From contig NC_086097.1 in assembly GCF_963921235.1 (NCBI RefSeq), forward strand, positions 179,368,001 to 179,432,000: DNA of 64,000 nt. The letters are read 5' to 3'. The stretch comes from Mobula hypostoma (taxonomy: Eukaryota). A program made the position numbers and the translations under genes. Under the pieces are notes generated by a model, which did not search any database, was not told the DNA's origin, and was given only the letters and a program-made list of their open reading frames with translations. Position 1 is the first letter of the stretch; each line of letters begins with the position of its first letter. Shown here in pieces: positions 25,478 to 39,285 of the stretch.

Positions 25478-26012
25478 GTGCCTAGTAAAGTGGTCAGTGA
25501 GTGTATGTTTATGGGATTCTGATACTCCAGCCCGTCCACTCCAGGGTTTGATGTGCAGTGCATTCAGAGATTTTCTCCTTCACACCGCGGCCGTAATATG
25601 TGATTATTTGAGTGGCTTTCAAGTTCCTGTCAGCTTGAACCTGTCTGGTCATTCTTCCCGGACCTCTTTCATCAACAAGGCATTTTCATGCACAGAGCTG
25701 CCGCTCATTGGATTCTTTTTTGCTTTTCGCACCATTCTTTGTAAACTCTAGAGACTGTTGTGATGAAAATCCCAGCAGATCAGTAGTTTCTGAGATACCC
25801 AAACCACTTTATCTGGCGCCAACAATCTTTCCACGGTCAAAATCACTTAGATCGCATTTCTTCCCGATTCTGATGTTTGGTCTGAACAACAACTGAGCCT
25901 CTTGACCATGTCAGCATGCTTTTATGCATTGAGTTGCTGCCACATGATTGGCTGATTAGATATTTGCATTAATAAACAAGTGTACAGTACCTAATAAAGT
26001 GGCTACTGAGTG
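25478..26012 (-). mobile_element. Tc1/mariner non-autonomous derivative (left end plus transposase N-terminus)
   Basis: End motif acactcagtagccactttattaggtac; minus strand gives GKKCDLSDFDRGKIVGAR*SGLGISETTDLLGFS / TTVSRVYKEW (HTH region); the end motif recurs in the same orientation at ~25480-25505. Confidence 0.75.
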
Positions 26013-26014
26013 TC

Positions 26015-26300
26015 AGTCACAGTAGTGCGGTGGCTAGTGTAATGCTTTACAATGCCGGCAATCAGGGTTCAATTCCACTGCTGTCTGCAAGGAGTTTGTA
26101 TATTCTCCCCGTGATTGTGCGGGTTTCCCCCGGGTGCTCCGGTTTCCTCCCACATTCCACATCTCGGTTAGTAACTGCTGAGCTGGTGTCAGAAGCACGG
26201 CCACACTTGCGGGCTGCTCCCACGGAGCACGTCCTCGGAGTGCGGTCATTGTCTCTGGATGTTTCAACGTGCACGTGACAGATAATACTCATCTTTATTG
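26015..26300 (+). mobile_element. tRNA/V-SINE-like element
   Basis: gggttcaattcc B box followed by gctgtctgcaaggagtttgtatattctccccgtg...ggtttcctcccacattcca. Confidence 0.65.
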
Positions 26301-26659
26301 TGTGCCTCACCACTACCCCTCTCACCTTAAATGGATATCCTCTGATATTAGACATTTCTACCCTGGGGTAAAGATACTTCCATCTTACCATCATTCCGTA
26401 GATTTCTGTCAGACCTCTCCACAGGCAAGTGTTTGCCAGATTAGAGAAGTAGAGCCATTCTGACTATCATGCACTTGCCTTTTTTCACCCTGTTTGCCAT
26501 CATTTAGTCTTCTACACATTGAGGCAGTTTCTGGAACCACTGCTCCCATCACCATCACCAGCATCTCAATTAGGGATGGGCAATTAAACTCTGGTCTTTC
26601 CAGAGTCATCAAGATGCAGAAATTTAATAGAAACTAGTTAACAGTGATTTTAAAAAAAT

Positions 26660-26922
26660 GTTATTGAGACCACATGGAGTAGGGCCTTCCAGCCCTCTGA
26701 GCCGCATTGCCCAACAACCCCTGATTTAATTCGAGCCTGGTCACAGGACAATTTGCAATGACCAGTGAACCTACCAACCAGAATGTCTTTGGACTGTGGG
26801 AGGAAACCGGAAGAAAACCCATGCGGTCATGGGGAGAAGGTACGAACTCCTTACAGACAGTGGCAGGAATTGAACCTGGGTCACTTGTACTGTAAAGCAT
26901 TGTGCTAACCACTGCGATACTG
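26660..26922 (-). mobile_element. tRNA/V-SINE-like element
   Basis: Reverse complement of the same B box and V-domain; CR1-like 3' tail. Confidence 0.65.
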
Positions 26923-28844
26923 TTATGGATTGGCATGAAATTTGAACAGTTCAGTCAGAACTCCAGGAAAGTTGTGCGTGAGGATCCCTGGAGGTCAGTA
27001 CTTTCTGAGACACTCAAACCACCCTGTCTGGCACCAACAATCTATAGTTATGGTAGTGAATCAACTGATTCCTAAAATAATTGATTAAGGTCTACCTGCT
27101 TTTGGAAGAGGATACTACGTGGATTGGAGAGCATGTGTATCAGTAAAATTGAGAGGTAGAAGTAGAGTGGGCAGCCAGTGCCTTTACCCCAGGTGGCAAT
27201 GGCCAATACAAGAGACCATCCATTTAAATTGAGTGGAGGGAGGTTCAGTGGAGATGACAGAGGTGGGTTTTCACACAGGGAGTGGTGGCTGCCTGTCGGG
27301 GCTGTTGGTGGAGCTGATGCACATGGGACATTTAAGAGACTGTGAGGCACATGTTGAAATAAAAGTGGAAGGTAATGGGCTGTGTAGGAGGGATGGTTTG
27401 GATTGATCAGGGAGCAGCTTTATGTAGGTTGACACAACATCTTGGACTGAAGAGCCTATACTGTTCCACATTCTCGTTAATTGTGATTTATTGGCAATCG
27501 TGTTGGTGAAGCAACAGATTTATAAAATAATTGATTAAGATTTGCCTGTTTTTTCTGGGAAGATCAGAATTAAATTCGTTGAATCTAAAATCAGTGTAAT
27601 AATTTGGTGACACCATGTCTTAGCTTGTCTTACAGTGTTATATTTCACCAGCAGTTGAAACTGCTTGTCTGCTGGATAAATCAACAAAAATAGTTGTGCC
27701 TGTTCTATTTTGATCACACGAGAGATTGATGCAGGGAAATAATGTGCCATGTTGATTCAGCTGAACGTCTTTGGTTTGTTCCTCTTGTCAAAGGGCTTTG
27801 GTAACGTCTCAGCTTGAGGTGGATGTCTTAACGTGCCATGGATGTGAGTGATTTGTATAAGATTTCTATTCCTATTCTGGGAGATACGTTGACACCTTGA
27901 CAAATGTCAGTTTTAAAAACAGCAATCAGTTTTGTGCTATTAATAAGCTATACCTATAACTTAATAAATTGATACATTATTGAATTATCTCACAAATGAA
28001 GCAAAAGTACTCTTGTAAGAAATAGTTAACACTGTAAGCAACAACTGGGCCCAAACAGCTGCTTGCTGTCAAATGGAGCAAAGCAAAGCCCTGTGAAATG
28101 TAGAGTTTCTATCTAGAATGAGTGTGGCTGTGGAATACGAATGAGGGGGAGAGAGTGACCAACGTTTTGGGGAGTTGTTGCCGCTTCCAGCAGAACTGGC
28201 GAGCTGTGTCTGAACTTTTGCGAGAAGCGTGTTTGTAAGATTAGTTGCCAAAAATAAGCTAACGGGTTGACGAGTAAGGTCTTCTATTGCAAAGGGCTGC
28301 ATGAAATTTCAACAGTTCAGTCAGAACTCCAGCAAAGTAAAAGGTTGAAGACTGAAAATATAAGGCTAGGAATGCTGGCATTTGTGGAATGTGGTGCAGC
28401 AGAGGTTCAGGGGCTGCCAGCTGTGTGTTCCCCTTGTGGAGAGCACCAAATGGCACAACACTTGCAGAACTGGAAGTAATGTAAACAGGTGTCGACACTC
28501 TGCTCCTTTGTCTGTCGAGGATTTGAATAACGTGCTCATTTTTAGATGAAGACAAGAGAGCAGGATAGCTAATAATAACAGGTCACTTGTTCACACTATG
28601 CAAGATTATTCATTCGACCCAAATTTGAAAACATAAGTTGCATACCTCATGCCACACGTGTACGAACATTGCCAAAATACCCATTGTTAGGCATCTAAAA
28701 TCTGTTTTCAGTGATCCTCATTTTCAAGTTTTATAATTTTTAAATAAGTTTAAATAAATCTCCTACTTTCACTTGTCCCATTTGTTTTCTCTCCCATCTT
28801 CAGAAGTTAAAACGTGCATCTGTTCTGGCAAAGGATTCCAACCG

Positions 28845-31800
28845 GAAACACTCCGTTTCTCTCTCCACTCACTCCTGAAACACTCACTCCGTTTCTCTCT
28901 CCACTCACTCCTGAAACACTCACTCCGTTTCTCTCTCTCTCCACTCACTCCTGAAACACTCACTCCGTTTCTCTCTCTCTCCACTCACTCCTGAAACACT
29001 CACTCCGTTTCTCTCTCTCTCCACTCACTCCTGAAACACTCACTCCGTTTCTCTCTCTCCACTCACTCCTGAAACACTCACTCCGTTTCTCTCTCCACTC
29101 ACTCCTGAAACACTCACTCCGTTTCTCTCTCCACTCACTCCTGAAACACTCACTCCGTTTCTCTCTCTCTCCACTCACTCCTGAAACACTCACTCCGTTT
29201 CTCTCTCTCCACTCACTCCTGAAACACTCACTCCGTTTCTCTCTCTCCACTCACTCCTGAAACACTCACTCCGTTTCTCTCTCCACTCACTCCGTTTCTC
29301 TCCACTCACTCCTGAAACACTCACTCCGTTTCTCTCTCTCTTCACTCACTCCTGAAACACTCACTCCGTTTCTCTATCCACTCCTGAAACGCTCACTCCG
29401 TTTCTCTCTCCACTCACTCCTGAAACACTCACTCCGTTTCTCTCTCTCTCCACTCACTCCTGAAACACTCACTCCATTTCTCTCTCTCTCCACTCACTCC
29501 TGAAACACTCACTCCATTTCTCTCTCTCTTCACTCACTCCTGAAACACTCACTCCGTTTCTCTCTCCACTCACTCCTGAAACACTCACTCTGTTTCTCTC
29601 TCTCTCCACTCACTCCTGAAACACTCACTCCGTTTCTCTCTCCACTCACTCCTGAAACACTCACTCCGTTTCTCTCCCCACTCACTCCTGAAACACTCAC
29701 TCCGTTTCTCTCTCCACTCACTCCTGAAACACTCACTCCGTTTCTCTCTCCACTCACTCCTGAAACACTCACTCCGTTTCTCTCTCCACTCACTCCTGAA
29801 ACACTCACTCCGTTTCTCTCTCTCTCCACTCACTCCTGAAACACTCACTCCGTTTCTCTCTCCACTCACTCCTGAAACACTCACTCCGTTTCTCTCTCTC
29901 TCCACTCACTCCTGAAACACTCACTCCGTTTCTCTCTCCACTCACTCCTGAAACACTCACTCCGTTTCTCTCTCTCCACTCACTCCTGAAACACTCACTC
30001 CGTTTCTCTCTCCACTCACTCCTGAAACACTCACTCCGTTTCTCTCTCTCTCCACTCACTCCTGAAACACTCACTCCATTTCTCTCTCTCTCCACTCACT
30101 CCTGAAACACTCACTCCATTTCTCTCTCTCTCCACTCACTCCTGAAACACTCACTCCGTTTCTCTCTCTCTTCACTCACTCCTGAAACACTCACTCCGTT
30201 TCTCTATCTATCCACTCCTGAAACGCTCACTCCGTTTCTCTCTCCACTCACTCCTGAAACACTCACTCTGTTTCTCTCTCCACTCACTCCTGAAACACTC
30301 ACTGTGTTTCTCTCTCGACTCACTCCTGAACCACTCACTCCGTTTCTCTCTCTCCACTCACTCCTGAAACAATCACTCCGTTTCTTTCTAACTCTCCACT
30401 CACTCCTGAAACACTCACTCCGTTTCTCTCTCTCTCTCCACTCACTCCTGAAACACTCACTCCGTTTCTCTCTCTCCACTCACTCCTGAAACACTCACTC
30501 CGTTTCTCTCTCCACTCACTCCGTTTCACTCCACTCACTCCTGAAACACTCACTCCGTTTCTCTCTCCACTCACTCCTGAAACACTCACTCCGTTTCTCT
30601 CTCTCTCCACTCACTCCTGAAACACTCACTCCGTTTCTCTCTCCACTCACTCCTGAAACACTCACTCCGTTTCTCTCTCCACTCACTCCTGAAACACTCA
30701 CTCCATTTCTCTCTCTCTCCACTCACTCCTGAAACACTCACTCCGTTTCTCTCTCTCTCCACTCACTCCTGAAACACTCACTCCGTTTCTCTCTCTCTCC
30801 ACTCACTCCTGAAACACTCACTCCGTTTCTCTCTCTCCCCACTCACTCCTGAAACACTCACTCCGTTTCTCTCTCTCTCCACTCACTCCTGAAACACTCA
30901 CTCCGTTTCTCTCTCTCTCCACTCCTGAAACACTCACTCCGTTTCTCTCTCCACTCACTCCTGAAACACTCACTCCGTGTTTCTCTCTCGACTCACTCCT
31001 GAACCACTCACTCCGTTTCTCTCTCTCCACTCACTCCTGAAACACTCACTCCGTTTCTCTCTCTCTCCACTCACTCCTGAAACACTCACTCCGTTTCTCT
31101 CTCTCTCCACTCACTCCTGAAACACTCACTCCGTTTCTCTCTCCACTCACTCCTGAAACACTCACTCCATTTCTCTCTCTCTCCACTCACTCCTGGAACA
31201 CTCACTCCGTTTCTCTCTTCACTCACTCCTGAAACACTCACTCCATTTCTCTCTCTCTCCACTCACTCCTGAAACACTCACTCCATTTCTCTCTCTCCAC
31301 TCACTCCTGGAACACTCACTCCGTTTCTCTCTCCACTCACTCCTGAAACACTCACTCCGTTTCTCTCTCCACTCACTCCTGAAACACTCACTCCGTTTCT
31401 CTCTCTCTCCACTCACTCCTGAAACATTCACTCCGTTTCTCTCTCTCCACTCACTCCTGAAACACTCACTCCGTTTCTCTCTCCACTCACTCCTGAAACA
31501 CTCACTCCGTTTCTCTCTCTCTCCACTCACTCCTGAAACACTCACTCCATTTCTCTCTCTCCACTCACTCCTGAAACACTCACTCCGTTTCTCTCTCCAC
31601 TCACTCCTGAAACACTCACTCCGTTTCTCTCTCTCTCACTCACTCCTGAAACACTCACTCCGTTTCTCTCTCCATTCACTCCTGAAACACTCACTCCATT
31701 TCTCTCTCTCTCCACTCACTCCTGAAACACTCACTCCGTTTCTCTCTCCCACTCACTCCTGAAACACTCACTCCGTTTCTCTCTCCACTCACTCCTGAAA

Positions 31801-34800
31801 CACTCACTCCGTTTCTCTCTCCACTCACTCCTGAAACACTCACTCCGTTTCTCTCTCTCTCCACTCACTCCTGAAACACTCACTCCGTTTCTCTCTCCAC
31901 TCACTCCTGAAACACTCACTCCGTTTCTCTCTCTCTCCACTCACTCCTGAAACACTCACTCCGTTTCTCTCTCCACTCACTCCTGAAACACTCACTCCGT
32001 TTCTCTCTCCACTCACTCCTGAAACACTCACTCTGTTTCTCACTCCTGAACCACTCACTCCGTTTCTCTCTCTCCACTCACTCCTGAAACACTCACTCCG
32101 TTTCTCTCTCTCTCCACTCACTCCTGAAACACTCACTCCGTTTCTCTCTCCACTCACTCCTGAAACACTCACTCCGTTTCTCTCTCCACTCACTCCTGAA
32201 ACACTCACTCCGTTTCTCTCTCTCTCCACTCACTCCTGAAACACTCACTCCGTTTCTCTCTCTCCACTCACTCCTGAAACACTCACTCCGTTTCTCTCTC
32301 TCTCACTCACTCCTGAAACACTCACTCCGTTTCTCTCTCTCTCACTCCTGAAACTCACTCCTGAAACACTCACTCCTTTCTCTCTCTCTCCACTCACTCC
32401 TGAAACACTCACTCCGTTTCTCTCTCTCTCCACTCACTCCTGAAACACTCACTCCGTTTCTCTCTCTCACTCACTCCTGAAACACTCACTCCGTTTCTCT
32501 CTCTCTCACTCACTCCTGAAACACTCACTCCGTTTCTCTCTCTCACTCACTCCTGAAACACTCACTCCGTTTCTCTCTCTCTCCACTCACTCCTGAAACA
32601 CTCACTCCGTTTCTCTCTCTCTCCACTCACTCCTGAAACACTCACTCCATTTCTCTCTCTCTCCACTCACTCCTGAAACACTCACTCCGTTTCTCTCTCT
32701 CTCCACTCACTCCTGAAACACTCACTCCGTTTCTCTCTCTCCACTCACTCCTGAAACACTCACTCCGTTTCTCTCTCTCTCCACTCACTCCTGAAACATT
32801 CACTCCGTTTCTCTCTCTCCACTCACTCCTGAAACACTCACTCCGTTTCTCTCTCCACTCACTCCTGAAACACTCACTCCGTTTCTCTCTCCACTCACTC
32901 CTGAAACACTCACTCCGTTTCTCTCTCCACTCACTCCTGAAGCACTCACTCCGTTTCTCTCTCTCCACTCACTCCTGAAACACTCACTCCGTTTCTCTCT
33001 CTCTCCACTCACTCCTGAAACACTCACTCCATTTCTCTCTCTCTCCACTCACTCCTGAAACACTCACTCCATTTCTCTCTCTCTCCACTCACTCCTGAAA
33101 CACTCACTCCGTTTCTCTCTCCACTCACTCCTGAAACACTCACTCCGTTTCTCTCTCTCTCCACTCACTCCTGAAACACTCACTCCGTTTCTCTCTCCAC
33201 TCACTCCTGAAACACTCACTCCGTTTCTCTCTCTCTCCACTCACTCCTGAAACACTCACTCCGTTTCTCTCTCCACTCACTCCTGAAACACTCACTCCGT
33301 TTCTCTCTCTCCACTCACTCCTGAAACACTCACTCCGTTTCTCTCTCTCTCCACTCACTCCTGAAACACTCACTCCGTTTCTCTCTCCACTCACTCCTGA
33401 AACACTCACTCCGTTTCTCTCTCCACTCACTCCTGAAACACTCACTCCGTTTCCTCTCCACTCACTCCTGAAACACTCACTCTGTTTCTCTCTCTCTCCA
33501 CTCACTCCTGAAACACTCACTCCATTTCTCTTTCTCTCCACTCACTCCTGAAACACTCACTCCGTTTCTCCACTCACTCCTGAAACACTCACTCCGTTTC
33601 TCTCTCCACTCACTCCTGAAACACTCACTCCGTTTCTCTCTCTCACTCACTCCTGAAACACTCACTCCGTTTCTCTCTCCACTCACTCCTGAAACACTCA
33701 CTCCGTTTCTCTCTCTCCACTCACTCCTGAAACACTCACTCTGTTTCTCTCTCTCTCCACTCACTCCTGAAACACTCACTCCGTTTCTCTCTCTCCACTC
33801 ACTCCTGAAACACTCACTACGTTTCTCTCTCTCTCCACTCACTCCTGAAACACTCACTCCGTTTCTCTCTCTCCACTCACTCCTGAAACACTCACTCCGT
33901 TTTTCTCTCTCTCCACTCACTCCTGAAACACTCACTCCGTTTCTCTCCCCACTCACTCCTGAAACACTCACTCCGTTTCTCTCTCCACTCACTCCTGAAA
34001 CACTCACTCCGTTTCTCTCTCTCTCCACTCACTCCTGAAACACTCACTCCGTTTCTCTCTCTCTCCACTCACTCCTGAAACACTCACTCCGTTTCTCTCT
34101 CCACTCACTCCTGAAACACTCACTCCGTTTCTCTCTCTCTCCACTCACTCCTGAAACACTCACTCCGTTTCTCTCTCCACTCACTCCTGAAACACTCACT
34201 CCGTTTCTCTCTCTCTCCACTCACTCCTGAAACACTCACTCCGTTTCTCTCCCTCTCCACTCACTCCTGAAACACTCACTCCGTTTCTCTCTCTCTCCAC
34301 TCACTCCTGAAACACTCACTCCGTTTCTCTCTCTCTCCACTCACTCCTGAAACACTCACTCCGTTTCTCTCTCTCTCCACTCACTCCTGAAACACTCACT
34401 CCGTTTCTCTCTCCACTCACTCCTGAAACACTCACTCCATTTCTCTCTCTCTCCACTCACTCCTGAAACACTCACTCCGTTTCTCTCTCTCTCCACTCAC
34501 TCCTGAAACACTCACTCCGTTTCTCTCTCTCCACTCACTCCTGAAACACTCACTCCGTTTCTCTCTCTCTCCACTCACTCCTGAAACACTCACTCCGTTT
34601 CTCTCTCTCTCCACTCACTCCTGAAACACTCACTCCTTTCTCTCTCCACTCACTCCTGAAACACTCACTCCGTTTCTCTCTCTCTCCACTCACTCCTGAA
34701 ACACTCACTCCGTTTCTCTCTCCACTCACTCCTGAAACACTCACTCCGTTTCTCTCTCTCTCCACTCACTCCTGAAACACTCACTCCGTTTCTCTCTCTC

Positions 34801-37800
34801 TCCACTCACTCCTGAAACACTCACTCCGTTTCTCTCTCTCTCACTCACTCCTGAAACACTCACTCCGTTTCTCTCTCTCTCCACTCACTCCTGAAACACT
34901 CACTCCGTTTCTCTCTCCACTCACTCCTGAAACACTCACTCCGTTTCTCTCTCCACTCACTCCTGAAACACTCACTCCGTTTCTCTCTCCACTCACTCCT
35001 GAAACACTCACTCCGTTTCTCTCTCCACTCACTCCTGAAGCACTCTCTCCGTTTCTCTCTCTCTCCACTCACTCCTGAAACACTCACTCCATTTCTCTCT
35101 CTCTCCACTCCTGAAACACTCACTCCATTTCTCTCTCTCTTCACTCACTCCTGAAACACTCACTCCATTTCTCTCTCTCTCCACTCACTCCTGAAACACT
35201 CACTCCATTTCTCTCTCTCTCCACTCACTCCTGAAACACTCACTCCATTTCTCTCTCTCTCCACTCACTCCTGAAACACTCACTCCATTTCTCTCTCTCT
35301 CCACTCACTCCTGAAACACTCACTCCATTTCTCTCTCTCTCCACTCAGTCCTGAAACTCTCACTCCATTTCTCTCTCTCCCCACTCACTCCTGAAACACT
35401 CACTCCGTTTCTCTCTCTCTCCACTCACTCCTGAAACACTCACTCCGTTTCTCTCTCTCTCCACTCCTGAAACACTCACTCTGTTTCTCTCTCCACTCAC
35501 TCCTGAAACACTCACTCCGTTTCTCTCTCCACTCACTCCTGAAACACTCACTCCGTTTCTCTCTCCACTCACTCCTGAAACACTCACTCCGTTTCTCTCT
35601 CCCACTCACTCCTGAAACACTCACTCCGTTTCTCTCTCTCTCCACTCACTCCTGAAACACTCACTCCATTTCTCTCTCTCTCCACTCACTCCTGAAACAC
35701 TCACTCCATTTCTCTCTCTCTCCACTCACTCCTGAAACACTCACTCCGTTTCTCTCTCTCTCCACTCACTCCTGAAACACTCACTCCGTTTCTCTCTCCA
35801 CTCACTCCTGAAACACTCACTCCGTTTCTCTCTCTCTCCACTCACTCCTGAAACACTCACTCCGTTTCTCTCTCCACTCACTCCTGAAACACTCACTCCA
35901 TTTCTCTCTCTCTCCACTCCTGAAACACTCACTCCATTTCTCTCTCTCTTCACTCACTCCTGAAACACTCACTCCATTTCTCTCTCTCTCCATTCACTCC
36001 TGAAACACTCACTCCATTTCTCTCTCCACTCACTCCTGAAGCACTCTCTCAGTTTCTCTCTCTCTCCACTCACTCCTGAAACACTCACTCCATTTCTCTC
36101 TCTCTCCACTCACTCCTGAAACACTCACTCCATTTCTCTCTCTCTCCACTCAGTCCTGAAACTCTCACTCCATTTCTCTCTCTCCCCTCTCACTCCTGAA
36201 GCACTCTCTCCGTTTCTCTCTCTCTCCACTCCCTCCTGAAACACTCTCTCCGTTTCTCTCTCTCTCCACTCCTGAAACACTCACTCTGTTTCTCTCTGCA
36301 CTCACTCCTGAAACACTCACTCCGTTTCTCTCTCTCTGCACTCACTCCTGAAACACTCACTCCGTTTCTCTCTCCACTCACTCCTGAAGCACTCTCTCTG
36401 TTTCTCTCTCTCCACTCACTCCTGAAACACTCACTCCATTTCTCTCTCTCTCCACTCACTCCTGAAACACTCACTCCGTTTCTCTCTCTCTCCACTCACT
36501 CCTGAAACACTCACTCCATTTCTCTCTCTCTCCACTCACTCCTGAAACACTCACTCCATTTCTCTCTCTCTCCACTCACTCCTGGAACACTCACTCCGTT
36601 TCTCTCTCCACTCACTCCTGAAACACTCACTCCATTTCTCTCTCTCTCCACTCACTCCTGAAACACTCACTCCATTTCTCTCTCTCTCCACTCACTCCTG
36701 AAACACTCACTCCATTTCTCTCTCTCTCCACTCACTCCTGGAACACTCACTCCGTTTCTCTCTCTCTCCACTCCTGAAACACTCACTCCATTTCTCTCTC
36801 TCTCCACTCACTCCTGAAACACTCACTCCGTTTCTCTCTCTCTCCACTCACTCCTGAAGCACTCTCTCCGTTTCTCTCTCTCTCCACTCACTCCTGAAAC
36901 ACTCACTCCATTTCTCTCTCTCTCCACTCACTCCTGAAACACTCACTCCATTTCTCTCTCTCTCCACTCACTCCTGAAACACTCACTCCATTTCTCTCTC
37001 TCTCCACTCACTCCTGAAACACTCACTCCATTTCTCTCTCTCTCCACTCACTCCTGGAACACTCACTCCGTTTCTCTCTCTCTCCACTCACTCCTGAAAC
37101 ACTCACTCCGTTTCTCTCTCTCTCGACTCACTCCTGAACCACTCACTCCGTTTCTCTCTCTCCACTCACTCCTGAAACAATCACTCCGTTTCTCTCTCTC
37201 TCCACTCACTCCTGAAACACTCACTCCGTTTCTCTCTCCACTCACTCCTGAAACACTCAGTCCGTTTCTCTCTCTCTCCACTCACTCCTGAAACACTCAC
37301 TCCATTTCTCTCTCTCTCCACTCACTCCTGAAGCACTCTCTCAGTTTCTCTCTCTCTCCACTCACTCCTGAAACACTCACTGCATTTCTCTCTCTCTCCA
37401 CTCACTCCTGAAACACTCACTCCATTTCTCTCTCTCTCCACTCACTCCTGAAACACTCACTCCGTTTCTCTCTCCACTCACTCCTGAAACACTCACTCCG
37501 TTTCTCTCTCTCTCCACTCACTCCTGAAACACTCACTCCATTTCTCTCTCTCTCCACTCACTCCTGAAACACTCACTCCATTTCTCTCTCTCTCCACTCA
37601 CTCCTGAAACACTCACTCCGTTTCTCTCTCTCTCCACTCACTCCTGAAACACTCACTCTCGTTTCTCTCTCTCTCCACTCACTCCTGAAACACTCACTCC
37701 GTTTCTCTCTCTCTCCACTCACTCCTGAAACACTCACTCCGTTTCTCTCTCTCTCCACTCACTCCTGAAACACTCACTCCGTTTCTCTCTCCACTCACTC

Positions 37801-39285
37801 CTGAAACACTCACTCCATTTCTCTCTCTCTCCACTCACTCCTGAAACACTCACTCCATTTCTCTCTCTCTCCACTCACTCCTGAAGCACTCACTCCATTT
37901 CTCTCTCTCTCCACTCACTCCTGAAACACTCACTCCATTTCTCTCTCTCTCCACTCACTCCTGAAACACTCACTCCATTTCTCTCTCTCTCCACTCACTC
38001 CTGGAACACTCACTCCGTTTCTCTCTCCACTCACTCCTGAAACACTCACTCCATTTCTCTCTCTCTCCACTCACTCCTGAAACACTCACTCCATTTCTCT
38101 CTCTCTCCACTCACTCCTGAAACACTCACTCCATTTCTCTCTCTCCACTCACTCCTGAAACACTCACTCCGTTTCTCTCTCCACTCACTCCTGAAACACT
38201 CACTCTGTTTCTCTCTCCACTCACTCCTGAAACACTCACTCCGTTTCTCTCTCTCTCCACTCACTCCTGAAACACTCACTCCGTTTCTCTCTCCACTCAC
38301 TCCTGAAGCACTCTCTCCGTTTCTCTCTCTCCACTCACTCCTGAAACACTCACTCCATTTCTCTCTCTCTCCACTCTCTCCTGAAGCACTCACTCCATTT
38401 CTCTCTCTCTCCACTCACTCCTGAAACACTCACTCCATTTCTCCCTCTCTTCTCTCACTCCTGAAACACTCACTCCATTTCTCTCTCTCTCCACTCACTC
38501 CTGGAACACTCACTCCATTTCTCTCTCTCTCCACTCACTCCTGAAACACTCACTCCGTTTCTCTCTCCACTCACTCCTGAAACACTCACTCTGTTTCTCT
38601 CTCCACTCACTCCTGAAACACTCACTCCGTTTCTCTCTCTCTCCACTCACTCCTGAGACACTCAGTCCGTTTCTCTCTCCACTCACTCCTGAAGCACTCT
38701 CTCCGTTTCTCTCTCTCTCCACTCTCTCCTGAAGCACTCACTCCATTTCTCTCTCTCTCCACTCACTCCTGAAACACTCACTCCATTTCTCTCTCTCTCC
38801 ACTCACTCCTGAAACACTCACTCCATTTCTCTCTCTCTCCACTCACTCCTGAAACACTCACTCCATTTCTCTCTCTCTCCACTCACTCCTGAAGCGCTCA
38901 CTCCATTTCTCTCTCTCTCCACTCACTCCTGAAACACTCAGTGCATTTCTCTCTCTCTCTCCACTCACTCCTGAAACACTCACTCCATTTCTCTCTCTCT
39001 CCACTCACTCCTGAAACACTCACTCCATTTCTCTCTCTCTCCTCTCACTCCTGAAGCACTCTCTCCGTTTCTCTCTCTCTCTCCACTCACTCCTGAAACA
39101 CTGACTTCATTTCTCTCTCTCTCCACTCACTCCTGAAACACTCACTCTATTTCTCTCTCTCTCCACTCACTCCTGAAGCACTCTCTCCGTTTCTCTCTCT
39201 CTCCACTCACTCCTGAAACACTCACTCTGTCCACACTCACTGCAGTCAATACTGAAACACTAACTTCATTTCTCTCTCTCCACTC
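28845..39285. repeat. 10.4-kb minisatellite, unit ~36-40 bp ccactcactcctgaaacactcactcc(g/a)ttt(ct)3-5, roughly 270 copies
   Basis: Directly visible; unit length varies with the (ct)n run; copy number estimated from length divided by unit. Confidence 0.98.

Noticed and set aside
28845..39285. CRISPR array or repeat-protein ORFs (ERNGVSVSGVSG / EKRSECFRSEWR)
   Set aside because: No unique spacers, no cas genes and a vertebrate context; the frames shift with every (ct)n length change.
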